Assembly (NCBI GenBank): GCA_004431415.1
Contig: QPMI01000057.1
Coordinates: 62,001 to 126,000 of the forward strand
Direction of reading: 5' to 3'
DNA length: 64,000 bases
Origin: Cyanophora paradoxa CCMP329
Taxonomy: Eukaryota > Plantae > Glaucophyta
Shown: positions 1 to 12,934 of the stretch, in pieces
How the letters are laid out: each line of letters starts with the position of its first letter
Position numbering within the stretch: the stretch's first letter is position 1
Made by a program: the position numbers and the translations under genes
Notes under the pieces: generated by a model
What the model saw: the letters and a program-made list of their open reading frames with translations, nothing else
The model's database searches: none
What the model was told of the DNA's origin: nothing

Positions 1-361
1 GGGAACTGGCATTTCGATTTCGATTTGGGAGCTAGAGGCCGTTGTTTCCCCATGGTAATATAAACGGAGCAAGAGGCCGTGGGGCTTTGAGGGGAGAGAG
101 TCTTGATTTTGAATTGGAGGCTAGAGGGAGCTGGTATTTCGAATTCGAATTCAAAGCTCTCAGTTGTCAGCACGGTGGATAATCAATGATCTATCGAGAA
201 TCTACTGTGGCACTCCAGACCCCAGGGGGCTCTAAATCATTGAATAGCAGTGACATGGGGAGTTTGGAGAAGAAGGGGCGCGAAAGGCCTGCAGGGCCGC
301 TGAGTCAGGGCAGAGCCCGCTGCTCAGATCACCAAACGAAGCGGAGCGTGCAGGCGCCAGA

Positions 362-395
<34 letters not shown>

Positions 396-468
396 GGCGC
401 GAGGCGCGAGCTCAGTGTTGATCTGTTCTCGATTCAACGCGAGATGCGGACTGTGGTGGCCCCTACTG

Positions 469-3400
469 CTAGGCATCAGCGCTGCTGGCAGGGTCCCCCG
501 GGCCGGAACTGCGCGGGCGCTTCTTGGGGGTGCCTGGTTCTGGTGCCTCGGCAAGCCGTTTCTGCCCACTGCCGATACTGATCTTGATTTTCGGGGCGCC
601 AGAGGTGGCCGGAGTGCCAGAAGCGATGACGGTCGCAGGGGCGCTTGGGGCAGCAGCCTCGGATGCCTTCGGGAGGTTGGAGCCGACCTTGAAGGTTGCT
701 GGAAGAGGCAGAGAGCCACCCTGGCCAGACCCGGCGAGGGGGACGACCATGCGCCCCTCGAGATCGATGCGGAAGTGGCACTGGAAATAGTCGTTCGGTA
801 CCTCCTGCCCGCTGAAGGTCTCTGTCGGGTTCTGGGGCAATGTAAATGTCATGTGCAGGCACGAGCAATCAGGCAAGACCTGCCTCGGCAGTAGGGAAGA
901 CGACACGGGCATGCCGCACAAGGCGGTCGAGTGGCACATACTGCGACTGCGTGCATTCCACCACCTGTGGGGCGTGTCAATGGCCTTTGTAGGGTCAGCA
1001 AGCAGGCTGCCCAAGGACAGGCCTGGTGCTTGCGCAAGAAGCGTACACCAGGGAGCTTGACTGGCTCTGGTAGCTACGGGGGTGTCTGAACTGAAGCTTC
1101 AAAAAGATATGCACAGCTACACACCTCAATGCCGATTTCGCGCGGCCGATAATAGCGGTGAACCTCCAGAAGCCGGTTGCCTTCCACATCCTCAAACATG
1201 CGCACCAAACGTACCTACAGGGTGTAAGAGGGGCGGGGGGGGGGGGGGGGGGGGGGGGGGAAAGAAGAAGGAGGGGACAAGGGGGGGGGGGGGAGTGTGT
1301 GTGTGTGTGTGGAATTGAAGCGCCACGCACAGGGCATGATTTTTCCCCGAAATTGAATTTGACAGCGGCAAAGTCGCCTGCAAGAGAGCGTCTGCAGGCG
1401 ATGGGCACGGCCAACGCAGGGAAGGAGGCGCACCACAGCGGAAGACCTCCTCGTTGCGCTTCACTGCCTGATAGAAGTGCCGCTTCTGCGGTGCAGGGTT
1501 ACAACATCATCGTGCTGAGCTTGCTGGCGGGCAGGACACGCCTTGGTGCTTTCAGCCTTGCCGACCCAAGAGAACTCTGCAAGCATGTTGTTGAATCCTG
1601 CGTTTGCCACATTTCATTGGTGCATGTGCGTTTACATGTCAGAACCAGCCACAAACCAAACTGTTTCGCCTGCTCTGCAAAGGACTGTTTCCCCTTCTCC
1701 TTCTTCTCTTTTGGCTTCCCCTCCTTCTGAGCGGAGTTTTCCCCGCCACTCTTTGCCTTCTTCTTTGGCGTTGCCCCGGACTCCTGCAGGCACCGGTCAA
1801 ATGTCACTGACTCTGTGATTGCGGGGCGTGCAGACCTCGTCGTCGTCACCCCCCTCGTCCTTGCCCTTATCACGCTTCTCTTTCCAGCGTGCCCAGCCAG
1901 AGCGACTCTTCTTCTTCTCCTGCAGGGGACCTCAGGCAGGCCACGACCAATTCTGGGCAGGACACACCGCCTTCTCCCGGGCGCGGTGGGCGGCTTCGAT
2001 CTCTCGAGCTTCACGTGCCATGCGCTGCGTCTCAGCGTCCTCCTCGGCATCCACTGCATCGTCCTCCCGCGTGCGCATGCCCTGCTTCGCGTGAGAAACT
2101 TTGGTGCCGCCCCGTCACCAAACTCACCCGAACAGGGATGCGGAAGAGACGTACAACTTCTTTTCTTGCCAGCTCCTGTGCCCCGTTCCGCCCCGTTACA
2201 CTATGTCGTGTCTGCCTGAGCAGCACGCCACACGTGCCTTCAGGTATTTAGCATCGTGGTAGATGTCGGAGTCCTCCATATTGAACCGCATCGCCTGCAG
2301 CAGGTGGGCTTGCAGACGACCAGCGTAGCATGCAACGCACATTGTTCCATATCAGATTGAGGTCGCGCTCGAGTCGCTGCCTCCGCTGGTACGTGCCAGA
2401 CTTTATGCGCTCGTCCACCGTGTTGAGGTCCAGCGGCTCCTTAATCACCTGCGCCACACTCAGCAATCACACACACCGTGCCACCACTGACGGCAAGAAC
2501 CTGGTAATAGAGGGGCAGTTCTTCGCGAGAGGGAAGCTCCCGGAAAGCCTCCGCATATTTGCGTCCTGTGAGGCATGAAACTGGGCCTCGCTGCCTTTCT
2601 GGGGCAGCTGCGAACCCGTCGTGTCTGTTGCCGCCAGCAATGAGTCGTACAGCAGGCGGACCTTCTCCTGCGAAAAGGGGTAAGGCAGGCCGTCACGTGG
2701 CCTAATGCTAGTGCACCTGTAGGTCGGGCGTGTTGAGATTTGAGAAGAGCTCCACAGGACCGCGACTCTTGGCGGGACCCCCACGCGGGCCCTCCCCCTC
2801 TTCTCCGTCCTTCGTTCCTCGCCGTCGCGTCCGTGCTGCAGACCGGCGTTCGGGATTCAAAACGTGACCTCGGAATCCAGTGATGCGCACTCTCGCCAGT
2901 CTCAGCCATCTGCAGGAACTGAGCGTCCGTCATTTGGTCGATCGTGTAATCCACCTTCTCCCGCTGCCGCGCCCCACGCCCGTATTCTTCAAGTGCAAAT
3001 TTGTCGGGGTCCGGAAGTGGCTCCAACAACCACTACGCCCAGACTCAGCGAATTCATGACACCACAGAGCAGGCCACAAACCTGAGGGGTCTCGGAATCC
3101 TCCATCAAACGTGGCTTAGGAGCTGCACGGGTGTCATCAGCATGCAACAGTGCACCGAGACAGGCCTCACGTGGTGAGCTACGCTCCTCGCGCTCGCGGT
3201 CCATCTCCTGGAAGAGCTCGAATTCCTGCTAAGCCCTGTCAGCCTACGCCTTTCCCGTGAAGGGCACACACGCCTCCTGCGATCGCGCAAGAAGGCGGTT
3301 GGTCTGCTCATCATCGGGAACATCGGTGGCGGCAGCGCGTTGCATCTTTAAATCTGTGCAGGGTCAGGGGGAAGAATGCTAGGGATGCGCGATGGGCGGG

Positions 3401-6400
3401 CCATCAGTCTCCTTGAGGATCTCCTCCAGGAACTGCCTGCGCTGGTCCTCTGTGACCTGCGTCTCAAGTGAGCCAGCCGGCGAGCAGAGATCTGCCAGCG
3501 TCACACCTTTGAGTTGTCGAAACGGCCAGCGGTGATGCCCTTCTCCGCGATGGCAAGCTTGTTGTCCGCGGTTGCCCGCACATTCTCTTCCACCGTCGAG
3601 ATCACTTCCAGACGGATGACCAGCACCTCTGACTTCTGCCCGATGCGGTGCGCCCGTGCCTGAGCTTGTAGATCGATTTGTGGATTCCAGTCTGCCAGGA
3701 AAAGGTTGTAAGTTTTCGGCCCTTTCGCTCCGGGCAGGGCACTTGGCACCGGTATCGTAGATAATGACGGTGTCAGCAGTCTGCAAGTTGATGCCGAGGC
3801 CACCAGCCCGTAAACTATGTGAAGACAGACGTTAGGACCTCGCTGGCAACCGGTGGGGATAGGGGACCTGAGGAGGAATATGAAGTACGGGGAATTCGGA
3901 GCATTGAACTGCTGCATGAAGAGGGTGCGGTCGTCTGCTTTCGTGTTGCCTGTTGGGAGTAGTGAGGCGCTGAGGCTAAAGGAATGGCGAAATGGAATGA
4001 AAGGAGCATGGATGAGGTTCACCATCAATGCGAAGGAAATTGTACCGCTTCCAAGAGAGGTACGCCTCAATGATGTCCAGGCACCTCGTCATTGTACAAA
4101 AGAGGAGCACTCGGTGACCACCCCTCTGAAGCTGCGTGCACAGCCTGTGAAGACCACATCAAGGGAACTCTTCCTGCTGCACCTTCGGCAGGACCCGGTC
4201 AAGAAGCTCAAGCTTGCCCGACGAGCGGATCAAGTCGTCGTCAATGGGATATTCTCCTGCTGACAGTCAGATTCTGGAGCAAGAGCAGCACGTTGTACAC
4301 ACGAGCGTCGTCAACTGGCCCCTCCTTGGTGCCGACCAAGTACGGGTGGTTGCAAATCTACACCCCACATCAGTGCATCCGTGCAGCGTCAGTGGGATGC
4401 TGCGAACCTTGCGGAGCTGGACAATGATGTTCTGCAGTGATTTTCCAGGTACGCGTCTGGGGATACTCAGGAACGCGGGGTCTGAGAGCGGGGCATGCTA
4501 ACCCAGACTCTGCAACGTTTGTGTACATTTTCCACTGAAATGCCGATGGTCTCACCTTAATTAACGACTCTTTCTTGCCTGGGCAACACGATGTTGGACG
4601 AAAGTGGGATAGAGATCTGTCATGCGCACCCGGCAGCTGTGATTCCACCTGTCCCTTCATGCGGCGGAGGAGGAAAGGCCGCAGAACTGAGTGCAGCCGC
4701 CGAATCAGGAGGATCTTCTCTTCCTCCTGCGCCACAGTTTGACAAGCCGGGACTGATAACCTGGATGCAGAAGTGCACCGCAACGGCATTGACGCCATCA
4801 TCGAATGTGAATGCCGAATTGAACCATTTGGAAAACCCTGCAGCTTTTCAGGACTCTGAGCAGATCGTGGCAAGAAAAAGCCGTGCCTTCGTCTGAATTG
4901 AAGACGTCAGGAAGCAGCCAGTTCATCTGATTCCAAACCTCGTCCAGATTGTTTTGCAGAGGCGTCCCCGTGAGCAGGAGCCGGTGCCGAGTTGAATACT
5001 TGCACAGCACGGCAGAAAGCACAGAGTTCTTGTTTTTCAGGCGGTGGCCTTCATCAATTATGATCTGCGCCTCGCCTCAAAAGTCGCATTTTCCGCTTGA
5101 TTTCAAGGGGCCTACGTAGGACCAACGTATTTTCTGGAGCCGGTGCTTTTCGTATTTATTTGTCACGAACTCGTATGTCGTCACCTGCAGTTCGCAGAAG
5201 TTGGCAACGAGGTTCGCGCTACTTGAAATGTCCTCGCAGACCATAACATGGAAGCGCCCAGATGAGATTTTGGTTTTGAAAATGCGCTCACGCTCAACCT
5301 ACAGGGATGAGCGCTGTTTACATGATGCACTGTAGGGAAATGTGAGTGCTTTAGATTGAACAAACCTTGTTGCCCCGAAATCCCACAACTGTCAGGGCTG
5401 GATTCCATTTTTGTAGCTCATTCACCCAGTTCTGCGATCCGTATTCAATGAGAGTTGAGATCGGAACAAGGCAGCGCAAGGCACTTGGAAGGTGGAGAGA
5501 GGGACAACAATCAGGTAAGGTCCACGGTCGTTTTTTTTCTCCGTCAAGTAGCTGATGAGTGCGATTACTTGAATAGTCTTGCCCAGACCCATCTCGTCTG
5601 CAAGAATTCCATTAAGGCCGTTGTTATACAGAGATACCATCCACCTGCGGCGCATTGGTGGGATTCACGATTTCACCCTGCGCTGGAATGGACGCACTGA
5701 AGTCCCTGCAGCTGGTATTGTCGGAGTTGTCCACCAACAAGGCTTTTTGGCTGTTCCTTGATTTCTTCATCTCGAGAGTGTGCTCGGCGGTAGTAAATGT
5801 TCTAGAGCGTACATCAGCATCGACAAGAAGACGCAGCAGCAGCAGGCTCACCTGGCTCTTCTGTAGGTCAAGAACATCGTTGTCATCGAGCTCGCGCTCC
5901 TCCTGCGGCAGGCATCTGACACTGAACGAAACCTAAGCAGAGAGCTTTGGCGTGCCTCGGATGCATCATCGCTTTCCTCTTCAACATCCTCGTCCAAATC
6001 CTCGACATCAGGCCCCTCTGTCTCGATGACCCCGTCATCCACCGTCACCTATGACAGGGTTGCAAACATACAAGGTTCAGAGGCAAGCGAATTCACGAAC
6101 TGCGTTCTTCTTGTGCCTCTCCCGCTCTGCGGCTGCAGCCTCCTGTTCGGAATCGCTTTCGGCCTCACCTTTCTCATCCTCTTCTTTGACTCCCTCGCCA
6201 TTGGCATCACCAGAAACTTCGGCTGTCTGGGTTGCGTTCTTGGCCAACTTGTCATCCACTGGACCTTTGTCTTCACCTTTGTCTGCACCAAGACTGCTTG
6301 CAGACGATGCCACGTCGCCTGTTGCTGCAGTACCGGTCGCCCCCACAACCTTTGACTCCTGAGCCCCGGCCTGTACTTCTCCTTTGCTTGACGATGTCTG

Positions 6401-7541
6401 GTTCGCCGCGTCGCTGTTGGATGTAATGGGAACCTTCTGCGATGAACCAGCGCCAACATCAGCCTGCTGCTTTGGCTTCAGACGCTTCTTTGTCTTTTTC
6501 TTCATCACAACAAGTTTTGCGCCCATCTGTGGTCAAAGAGGTCAAAGGACGAGGTCAAAACCACATGTTCCAAAGAAAAACAGAAAGCGTTGTACCTGCA
6601 GCATGAACTTGTGTGTTTGCATGAGAATCATGCTCAAGCGCTCATTTTTGGTCTCCTTCAGAAGCTCATAATACCGAGTAGTGTCATTCTCCTTCAAAGC
6701 CTTCAGGCGCTCCTTCTCCAGCTTCTCCTCCCGCACCTTGCGATTGCGCTCACGCTGATCGAGCCACATGTTCAAGGATAACCGAATATCCCTCGAAAAT
6801 GCTGCACGACGCTGGTGATGATAATCGCTGTGATCATGTTCAGCTTCCTTGGCGCCAAACAATCGCAGCACGGACCAGAACTTTCGTGAATGCTGCACAA
6901 TAGCGTGGACGAATTTTGCATACTGCCCCCTGCATGTCTCGTGTAGCTGGGCTGCAGTTTCTTTGACCGCACGGGATGAAAGAGCATCTTCCACGATCTG
7001 CCTCAGTGTGGGTGTGCGGCCAGAAAGGGAGAGCCTGCTAGTGTGCGAACCGCATCACAGCGCCGGAAGCTGTGCCAGTCGAACTCGCTTGGACGTTCGT
7101 ACAATGTTTCTGGGTGACGAACAGACAGAATTTCACCCCGAATTTTCGACTGAAGATGAAGCAGCTGCGAGGGAACGAACTCGAATGAGAGAGAGGACGA
7201 CACACAACGAAGGAAGGAAGACCTCCAATTTTCTCGATTTCCCCAAAATCGATAGGGTGCCACCTGAGGGAATTTTTAAAACACAGTGGAGACGACCGAT
7301 GAAGTCGCCTTGCACACTCTCTATAATGTCTTCTTCGCTGGCTCCAAGGGAATGCAGGTGGCGCCCGGGAGCCATCAACGCGATGCGGCGCAGTGCGAGG
7401 TGTACGACGCTGTTGTCGTAGGGGATTGGCTCTACGCTAGCCCCTTCGAAGCAAGGAATCCCGACAGGCACCTGGAGCGCGGATCGAGTGAGAAGATCAA
7501 GTCAGAAGAAGCGAGCGCTCGAGCACCTCGATTGCGTTCAT
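469..7541 (-). CDS. SWI2/SNF2 (BRM/BRG1/Sth1-type) chromatin-remodelling ATPase, multi-exon: HSA region, SNF2_N, helicase C, bromodomain, putative C-terminal BAH
   Basis: Exons encode [84 protein letters not shown] and bromodomain-like [19 protein letters not shown]...[11 protein letters not shown]-like [23 protein letters not shown] at ~6620-6720. The start at 7541 (MNAIE|VPVG) and the continuation to the stop at 469 are inferred. Confidence 0.88.
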
Positions 7542-7929
7542 CGTGGCCGTCAATTGAACGGAGCGCACTCAGCTTCGCGGCGCTCGAGCCACTCGGCGGC
7601 GCTCTGTGTGCGCTCCTCGCCGGCTCGTCCGCACGCCGAGCGGAGCGCTGGCGCCACGGGCTTCGGTGCAGGAGCTCGTGCGATGCAGGCCGTACGATGC
7701 GCAATGCAGTTCGCGCACCGGTGCAGGCCGTGACCAAGTCTGCACCCGCGCTGTCCCCCCGCTACAGCGGCGGCGACTGTACCCAGAAGTTTGAAAATTA
7801 GGAGGAAGTTTGAAGCGCGGAAGGGGGTCAGATCGAAATCAAAGGCTGCATCCAGCCTGCATCTACCGCTGCATAGAAGCGCGGCTATAGCGTTCACCAG
7901 GTATACGTAACAGCCTCTTGCATCGGAAC

Positions 7930-9504
7930 ATGGATGCGGAACGCGCGCGGCGGGAGATACGCGAGAGGCTGGCGGCGCGCGAAGCCGACATCGAAGGCCC
8001 GCATTCCCGTACTGTGCCCGGGCGCGCCGCTTCTGGTTAGTAAACTCTTAAGCGCAGCGAGGCGCGCCGAGCTTGCGGATCCTGCTTCGAGCGAAAACTT
8101 CAAGCAGCACATCAGTTCGATTTCGGGCGCTTTGAAGGGCGACGGTATGCTCTTCACACATAGCTTGACGTAGCTTTCTAGCTAGAAAGGCTAGGAATCG
8201 TTGCCCCTCTCACGCTGGATTTTCTCCCGTAGCATCGCATGCTTGCACACACAGGGAGCTGAACCTTGACTCGGAAATATGTGTCAAGACCGCCGAGGTC
8301 CTGGGCGAGCGCATCAAGGCCATTCACTCTGGCTTCAAACAGTGGACATCGAAGGATTTCGCCTCGAAGATAAAGCGGAAATATGCAGATATTGCGGCAT
8401 TGGCTGAAGAAGAGGCCGAGTTCAAGCTCAACTGGCGAAACGTGGGTCAGGTTGCACGGAAGTACTTCCGCACGACACCAGCCATGAGCTTCATGTGAGC
8501 TTGCGTACTGATTCGCAATTCTGTTGGCTGATACTGCGTTCCTCCCCAAAGGCTGGGGCCGCTAAGCCTGCAACCAAAGCAAAAGGCAATGCGGCAAAAG
8601 CACATCATTCGTGGAAAAGATGAGGCAGTCAAGGTGACAACCACGGAGCGGGTGCTCTTTCCTCCACACGTGCCACACTTTCTGCGCTTGAAAGTTCACT
8701 CTGCCGCAGATTCTCTCCTCGTCGGAGCAGAAGCAGAAGAGCGAGGCTGAACAGCGGTTATCGCACATGTCGAATGTCGTTCTCAATGAAACTAAAGCTC
8801 GAGGCAAGTTCAGCGATTCCATACAATAACCAGTAATCCTCTTGTTTGCTTAATCTTCATCGAAGGTGGTGTCAATCTGTTCGAGCTGGCAGTCAATCCG
8901 CAGTCATTTGCACAGTCGGTGGAGAACCTTTTTGACTTGTCCTTTATGGTCAACAGGTTCATTTTTCACTGTGCCAATCTCTGTGAACTGCCGTGATCGT
9001 GCTGACCAGCCAGGCAGTGGCGAGGTTGAACTGTCCTTACATCAGAACCAACCCTGGTTACGTGAGCCACTCTTTCTTTCTTAGCGGCCGCTTTCACATG
9101 GTCAGACAGAAACAAGGTATACTGCTGACAATGGTGTCAAGAAAGATGTACATGGAAACGAGATGTCAGAGGACCCCCAAGGGTCGAGGCCCCTGAATGA
9201 TCTCATCATCAAGTTTGATATGAGCATGCACGAGGTAAGTAGTTCTCATGTCTTATGTGCACTAGGGTTCATTGAACTTCATCAGGCTGTGCACTCTGCT
9301 TACAAACTCGAAAACTGTCGCCTTGGTCATCGCTCAGAGTAAGTGTTCCTGTTAATTTCTAATCTCTATTGTCGATAAAATAATAATATGGTTGGCAGCC
9401 CGAGCCTGACCAACGACGGCGGATCCATGCTCTGGGGGGAGGATGAGGCAGATGAAACTGGATATGAACCTGGACACGATGGCCACGAAGATGAAGGAAG
9501 CTGA
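7930..9504 (+). CDS. NSE4: NSE4/EID3-family kleisin subunit of the SMC5/6 complex, multi-exon
   Basis: Exon at ~8866-8957 encodes NLFELAVNPQSFAQSVENLFDLSFMV, the Nse4 C-terminal winged-helix signature. Upstream NWRNVGQVARKYFRTTPAMSF..GPL resembles the Nse3-binding region. Last exon ends ...GHEDEGS* (TGA 9502-9504). Confidence 0.8.
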
Positions 9505-9522
9505 TCGCATATCTACAGATTA

Positions 9523-10244
9523 GCATTTGGACACGATGGCCACAAAGACGAAGGAAGCTGATCGCATATTTCAGATTAGAAGTTCGGGCTACAAGTGTGG
9601 GATGTACACTGCGGCCACCACGACTGTGGGCCCAGCCCACCAGCGAATTGGCCGGCCGGGCCATGCATTGCCCCCTGAGGGGAGTAATGCGCCTCCCCGC
9701 GGACACTTTAGCCAGCTAGCTATAGCTACAGGTGCCCGCACGGTGGGTGCAGCATTGCGTCTTGTGATGGCAGGGGTCGTCCCGGGGTGGTGGCAAAGCT
9801 GCTTTCCGACTTCGAGCTTCATGCCATGCATCCCTTGCGCAAGGCCGGGGAGGCCTCATTCCTTCCCCTTACTAAGTAAGGGCCCTTATATGAGTCACTG
9901 ACCAGTAACCCAGTCACTGAGTGGTTAGCTGTGATCATGACCGGGACTGCTTGGCCCAGTGGATTCCTCCTGTGACCGGGCGTGTCTTATCCATACTCTT
10001 CCTCTTCTTCTTCTTCAGAATTTAATTTCGAATTCACAACTAGCCGACCTCGATTTGGACAGGTTAGCAGCAGGGGCATTCCTCCTCTGCGCAGCGATTG
10101 CCTTTCGTTTCCGAGTGTTCAATTGCCTAGTTCTAGATTAAGTTCTTTCGATTGCCTACGCAGCTGAGAGCTCTCTCGACCGTGTACACTTCTAGTCTTG
10201 GCTAGTTCAGACACCACATATCATAGTATATCGGGTCAGAATGC
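9523..10244 (+). mobile_element. Dispersed non-coding element (family A/B), apparently full-length copy
   Basis: Left end GCATTTGGACACG, core GGGCTACAAGTGTGGGATGTACACTGCGGCC...GGGCCCAGCCCACCAGCG, right part TTGCCTACGCAGCTGAG...GGGTCAGAATGC. Shared with more than 10 other loci in the window. Confidence 0.75.
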
Positions 10245-10613
10245 ACTCAGGCACCCGAGCCGGCGCTGCCTCATGATCAACCTCTAAGCTTAATTATAAG
10301 TCTAGCGTTTTTCGCAAACAAGCGTGGCACCCAAGCCGGTGCTGCCTCATCTCGCGTTTTTTGCCACAGTGCCAGATCTTGATTGGCCATATGCATGCAT
10401 GCGCACTGCGGCATATGCATATGGACTTTGTCTTGGGCCGTGGACAGTCTTGATTTTGGCGCAGTTTTGATTATGGAGGCGTGGCGCCGGCCAACCAAAC
10501 CAAAGGGCATTTGAGCTCTGAGCTCTCCGAACCGATTGGAGCTCCGGAGGCTTTGGAGCTCGATTGGGCCAGACTCGTTCTTTCGATTCAATGATTGCCT
10601 ACGCAGCTCGTTC

Positions 10614-10862
10614 TTTGGACACGTACTCAAAACGCAGGTGCGGGCTACAAGTGTGGGAATGTACACTGCGCATGCGGCCGCCGCGGCCGCGGGCCCAGCC
10701 TGGCAGCCCACCAGCAAGCTGGCCGGCCGGGCCCTGCGTGGCCCCCTAAGGAGAGTAATGCACAAGCCGGGCCCTGCGTGGCCCTAAAAGGCTGGCCAGG
10801 CCCTGCGTGGCCCCCTATTAGTCTCGGCAAGTTCAGACACCAGGTATGTCGGGTCAAAATGC
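10614..10862 (+). mobile_element. Family A/B element, internally deleted copy with both ends
   Basis: TTTGGACACGTACTCAAAACGCAGGTGCGGGCTACAAGTGTGGG ... TTCAGACACCAGGTATGTCGGGTCAAAATGC. Confidence 0.75.
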
Positions 10863-11009
10863 ACTCAGATCCTTTGGACAAAAAGAAGGCCTGCAGTAAT
10901 AGGCCTAGGGCCGCATCTCGAACAGCTAAAAATCCTTGAAGGGGGCCGCAATCGACTTTCAATCTATCTCGCATCAATTTACACGGTAGATAGACTGTGG
11001 AGTCTGACT

Positions 11010-12846
11010 CTAGTGGATTTGTTTGCTGTGGAGTTCGGTCCGATACTTCTCTGGCACACCAAGGTTAGCGAGCTCCTCCAGCTTCTTCTGCTTGATGCGT
11101 TCCAGCTTACTCCTTTCGAGGTCACGCTGAGCCCTAAGTTTATTGCCCTCCTCCAGGAACTCTTGCCTTTCCCGCCTACGCCTCTCTTCTCTCTCAGCGA
11201 TTTGGGTCTGTCCCGAAAATATCAACAAACAGCGAACGAAAAAGGACACCAAAAGACTGACCCGGAGAGCATCCTTGTTCTGCAAACGTCGCCGCTGCGC
11301 CTCTGTCTCTCGATGCTCTTCATCGGCTCTGTCAGCTGCTTGAACTTTGAGGATTCTCTCGAATTCCTCTCGCTGAGCTCTTGCCTCCTCAGCCAGCCTC
11401 TGTTCCTTCTCCAATCGCTGCGCCTGACGCGCTTCCGCCATCTCCGCTTGCATTCGAAGCTCTCTTTCTCTGTCCTCACGCTCCTTTCGCCGCCACTCCC
11501 GCTCCTTCTCTTCAATAGCGCGCTTCGCGCGGAGCGCATCTTCCTCTGCGCGAGTGTCCTGCGCCTTCTCCTGCATAGCCCGCAATCTCGCAACCTGGGA
11601 AACTGTGATGAGCACGGGTCGGTGGACATTTCATCAGGAAATCAAAATTCGAACCTCCCTCTCCTTCTCTGCACGCTTACGCTCCTCCTCTTCGGTCCTT
11701 TCCATCTCCTTTTTGTCCTTCTTCGCCAAATACTGTGCTATTCGCTTCTCCTCCTCTTTCTCTTGCTGTGCAAGGATTGCCTTCCGGCGAATTTGCTCTG
11801 CGTTCGCCGTAGCTACTTCTTCCAGGAGACGGCGGCCTTCCTCGCGCTGCTGGATCATCTTCTCCTTCTCGTCCTTCTTCAGCTGCTCAATGTTCGAAAG
11901 AATTTGCTGCCGCTCGATCTCCTGTAGCTCGAGCTGCTCTCGCTTTTTAGACGCAGGCGAGTCTAATCAGAAGATCTGTGAATGAATGCACCTGGTGTAG
12001 GCGCTCGCGCTCGCGCTCCGCGATTTGCTGGCGAATTACCTCCGCCCCTCGCCGCTGCTTCTCGGCTCGCTCAACTTCGCGCTCCTCATACATGCGAAGC
12101 GCCTTTAGGCGCTCAATTTCCATGATCCTGTCCAGGCGACTGTTCTCGACCTCTCGCTCCGAGGAGACGAGTTTCTGAGAGTTGGTTCAGCGGAGCAGCA
12201 CAATCGCTGTTGACGCAGAGGCACCTTCTCCTCGAGCTGGGCGTCGCGAATGGTGACACACTTCGCATACAGCATCATCTGGTTCATGTGCTTGACGTCG
12301 TCGAGCTCCTCGTCAAGCTGCGCTTGCGCTTTTCCGAGCTGAGCGGAAGTTAGCTACAGACATGAGCGGAAGCGGGATGCTGCGCTGACCAAGCTACTGG
12401 CCTCCTGCATCTGCTCCTTCTCGACATCTGAGGGCGGCGCGCTCTTCTTGGTCTCCTCTGCCAGCTTGAGCATACGTTCCTTTCTGAGCTTGCTCTCCAG
12501 CATGTGCTTCTCCTTCTCCTCTTCCACTTGCTTCTTCATAGCTAGCTCCTCCTCACGAGTCAGGACTCTGGCCATGCTCTGCGCAGCGCTCAGCGACTGC
12601 GACGAGCCAGGGCCCAGGACAGAACCGGACCTTGATTCTGCCGAGCTCCCGAGTGGACAGAATCGTCGCCTCCTCAGCGGCGCGATGCGTGCGCTTTGAA
12701 GTCTGAGCTGCTGACGGGCCCTCGGGAGGCAAAAGCGGCATGGTGTTGATCTTCCTGCTGCTGCCGAAGAGAGTCTCGTCGACGCTGTTCTTGGTGCCCC
12801 GCAGGCGTGCCGACGCCACGGGTGGTGTCTGCCTGCCGGCCGGCAT
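11010..12846 (-). CDS. CFAP45: Cilia- and flagella-associated protein 45 (CCDC19), multi-exon coiled coil
   Basis: QLDEELDDVKHMNQMMLYAKCVTIRDAQLEEK, AEEDALRAKRAIEEKEREWRRKE, C-terminal KKLEELANLGVPEKY; N-terminal SVDETLFG. Confidence 0.88.
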
Positions 12847-12934
12847 AGCTGAAGTTCTTTCTATAAACAGGTAGTGCAAAGGTACCCGGGTGTAAGTTGT
12901 TCGGGTACCCCGCCACCCGTCGTCTTCGGCCAGC
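12847..12934. promoter_or_regulatory. 88-bp bidirectional promoter between CFAP45 and PP2A-A
   Basis: Lies between divergent ATGs at 12846 (-) and 12935 (+); contains TATAAA and two GGTACC(C) motifs. Confidence 0.65.

Noticed and set aside
7830-7932. Alternative SNF2 start at 7923, only 6 bp from the NSE4 ATG
   Set aside because: It needs poorly supported exons. The ATG at 7541 with a clean intron gives a simpler model and leaves a motif-bearing promoter.
9523-10244. Helitron or SINE classification for family A/B
   Set aside because: It has no TC...CTRR ends with a subterminal hairpin, no poly(A) or simple-repeat tail, and no Pol III boxes.
11013-11927. Long ORFs antisense to real genes (e.g. 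304 aa opposite CFAP45, and the repeats opposite the TRP tail)
   Set aside because: These are shadow ORFs of GC-rich or low-complexity coding sequence with no recognisable motifs.
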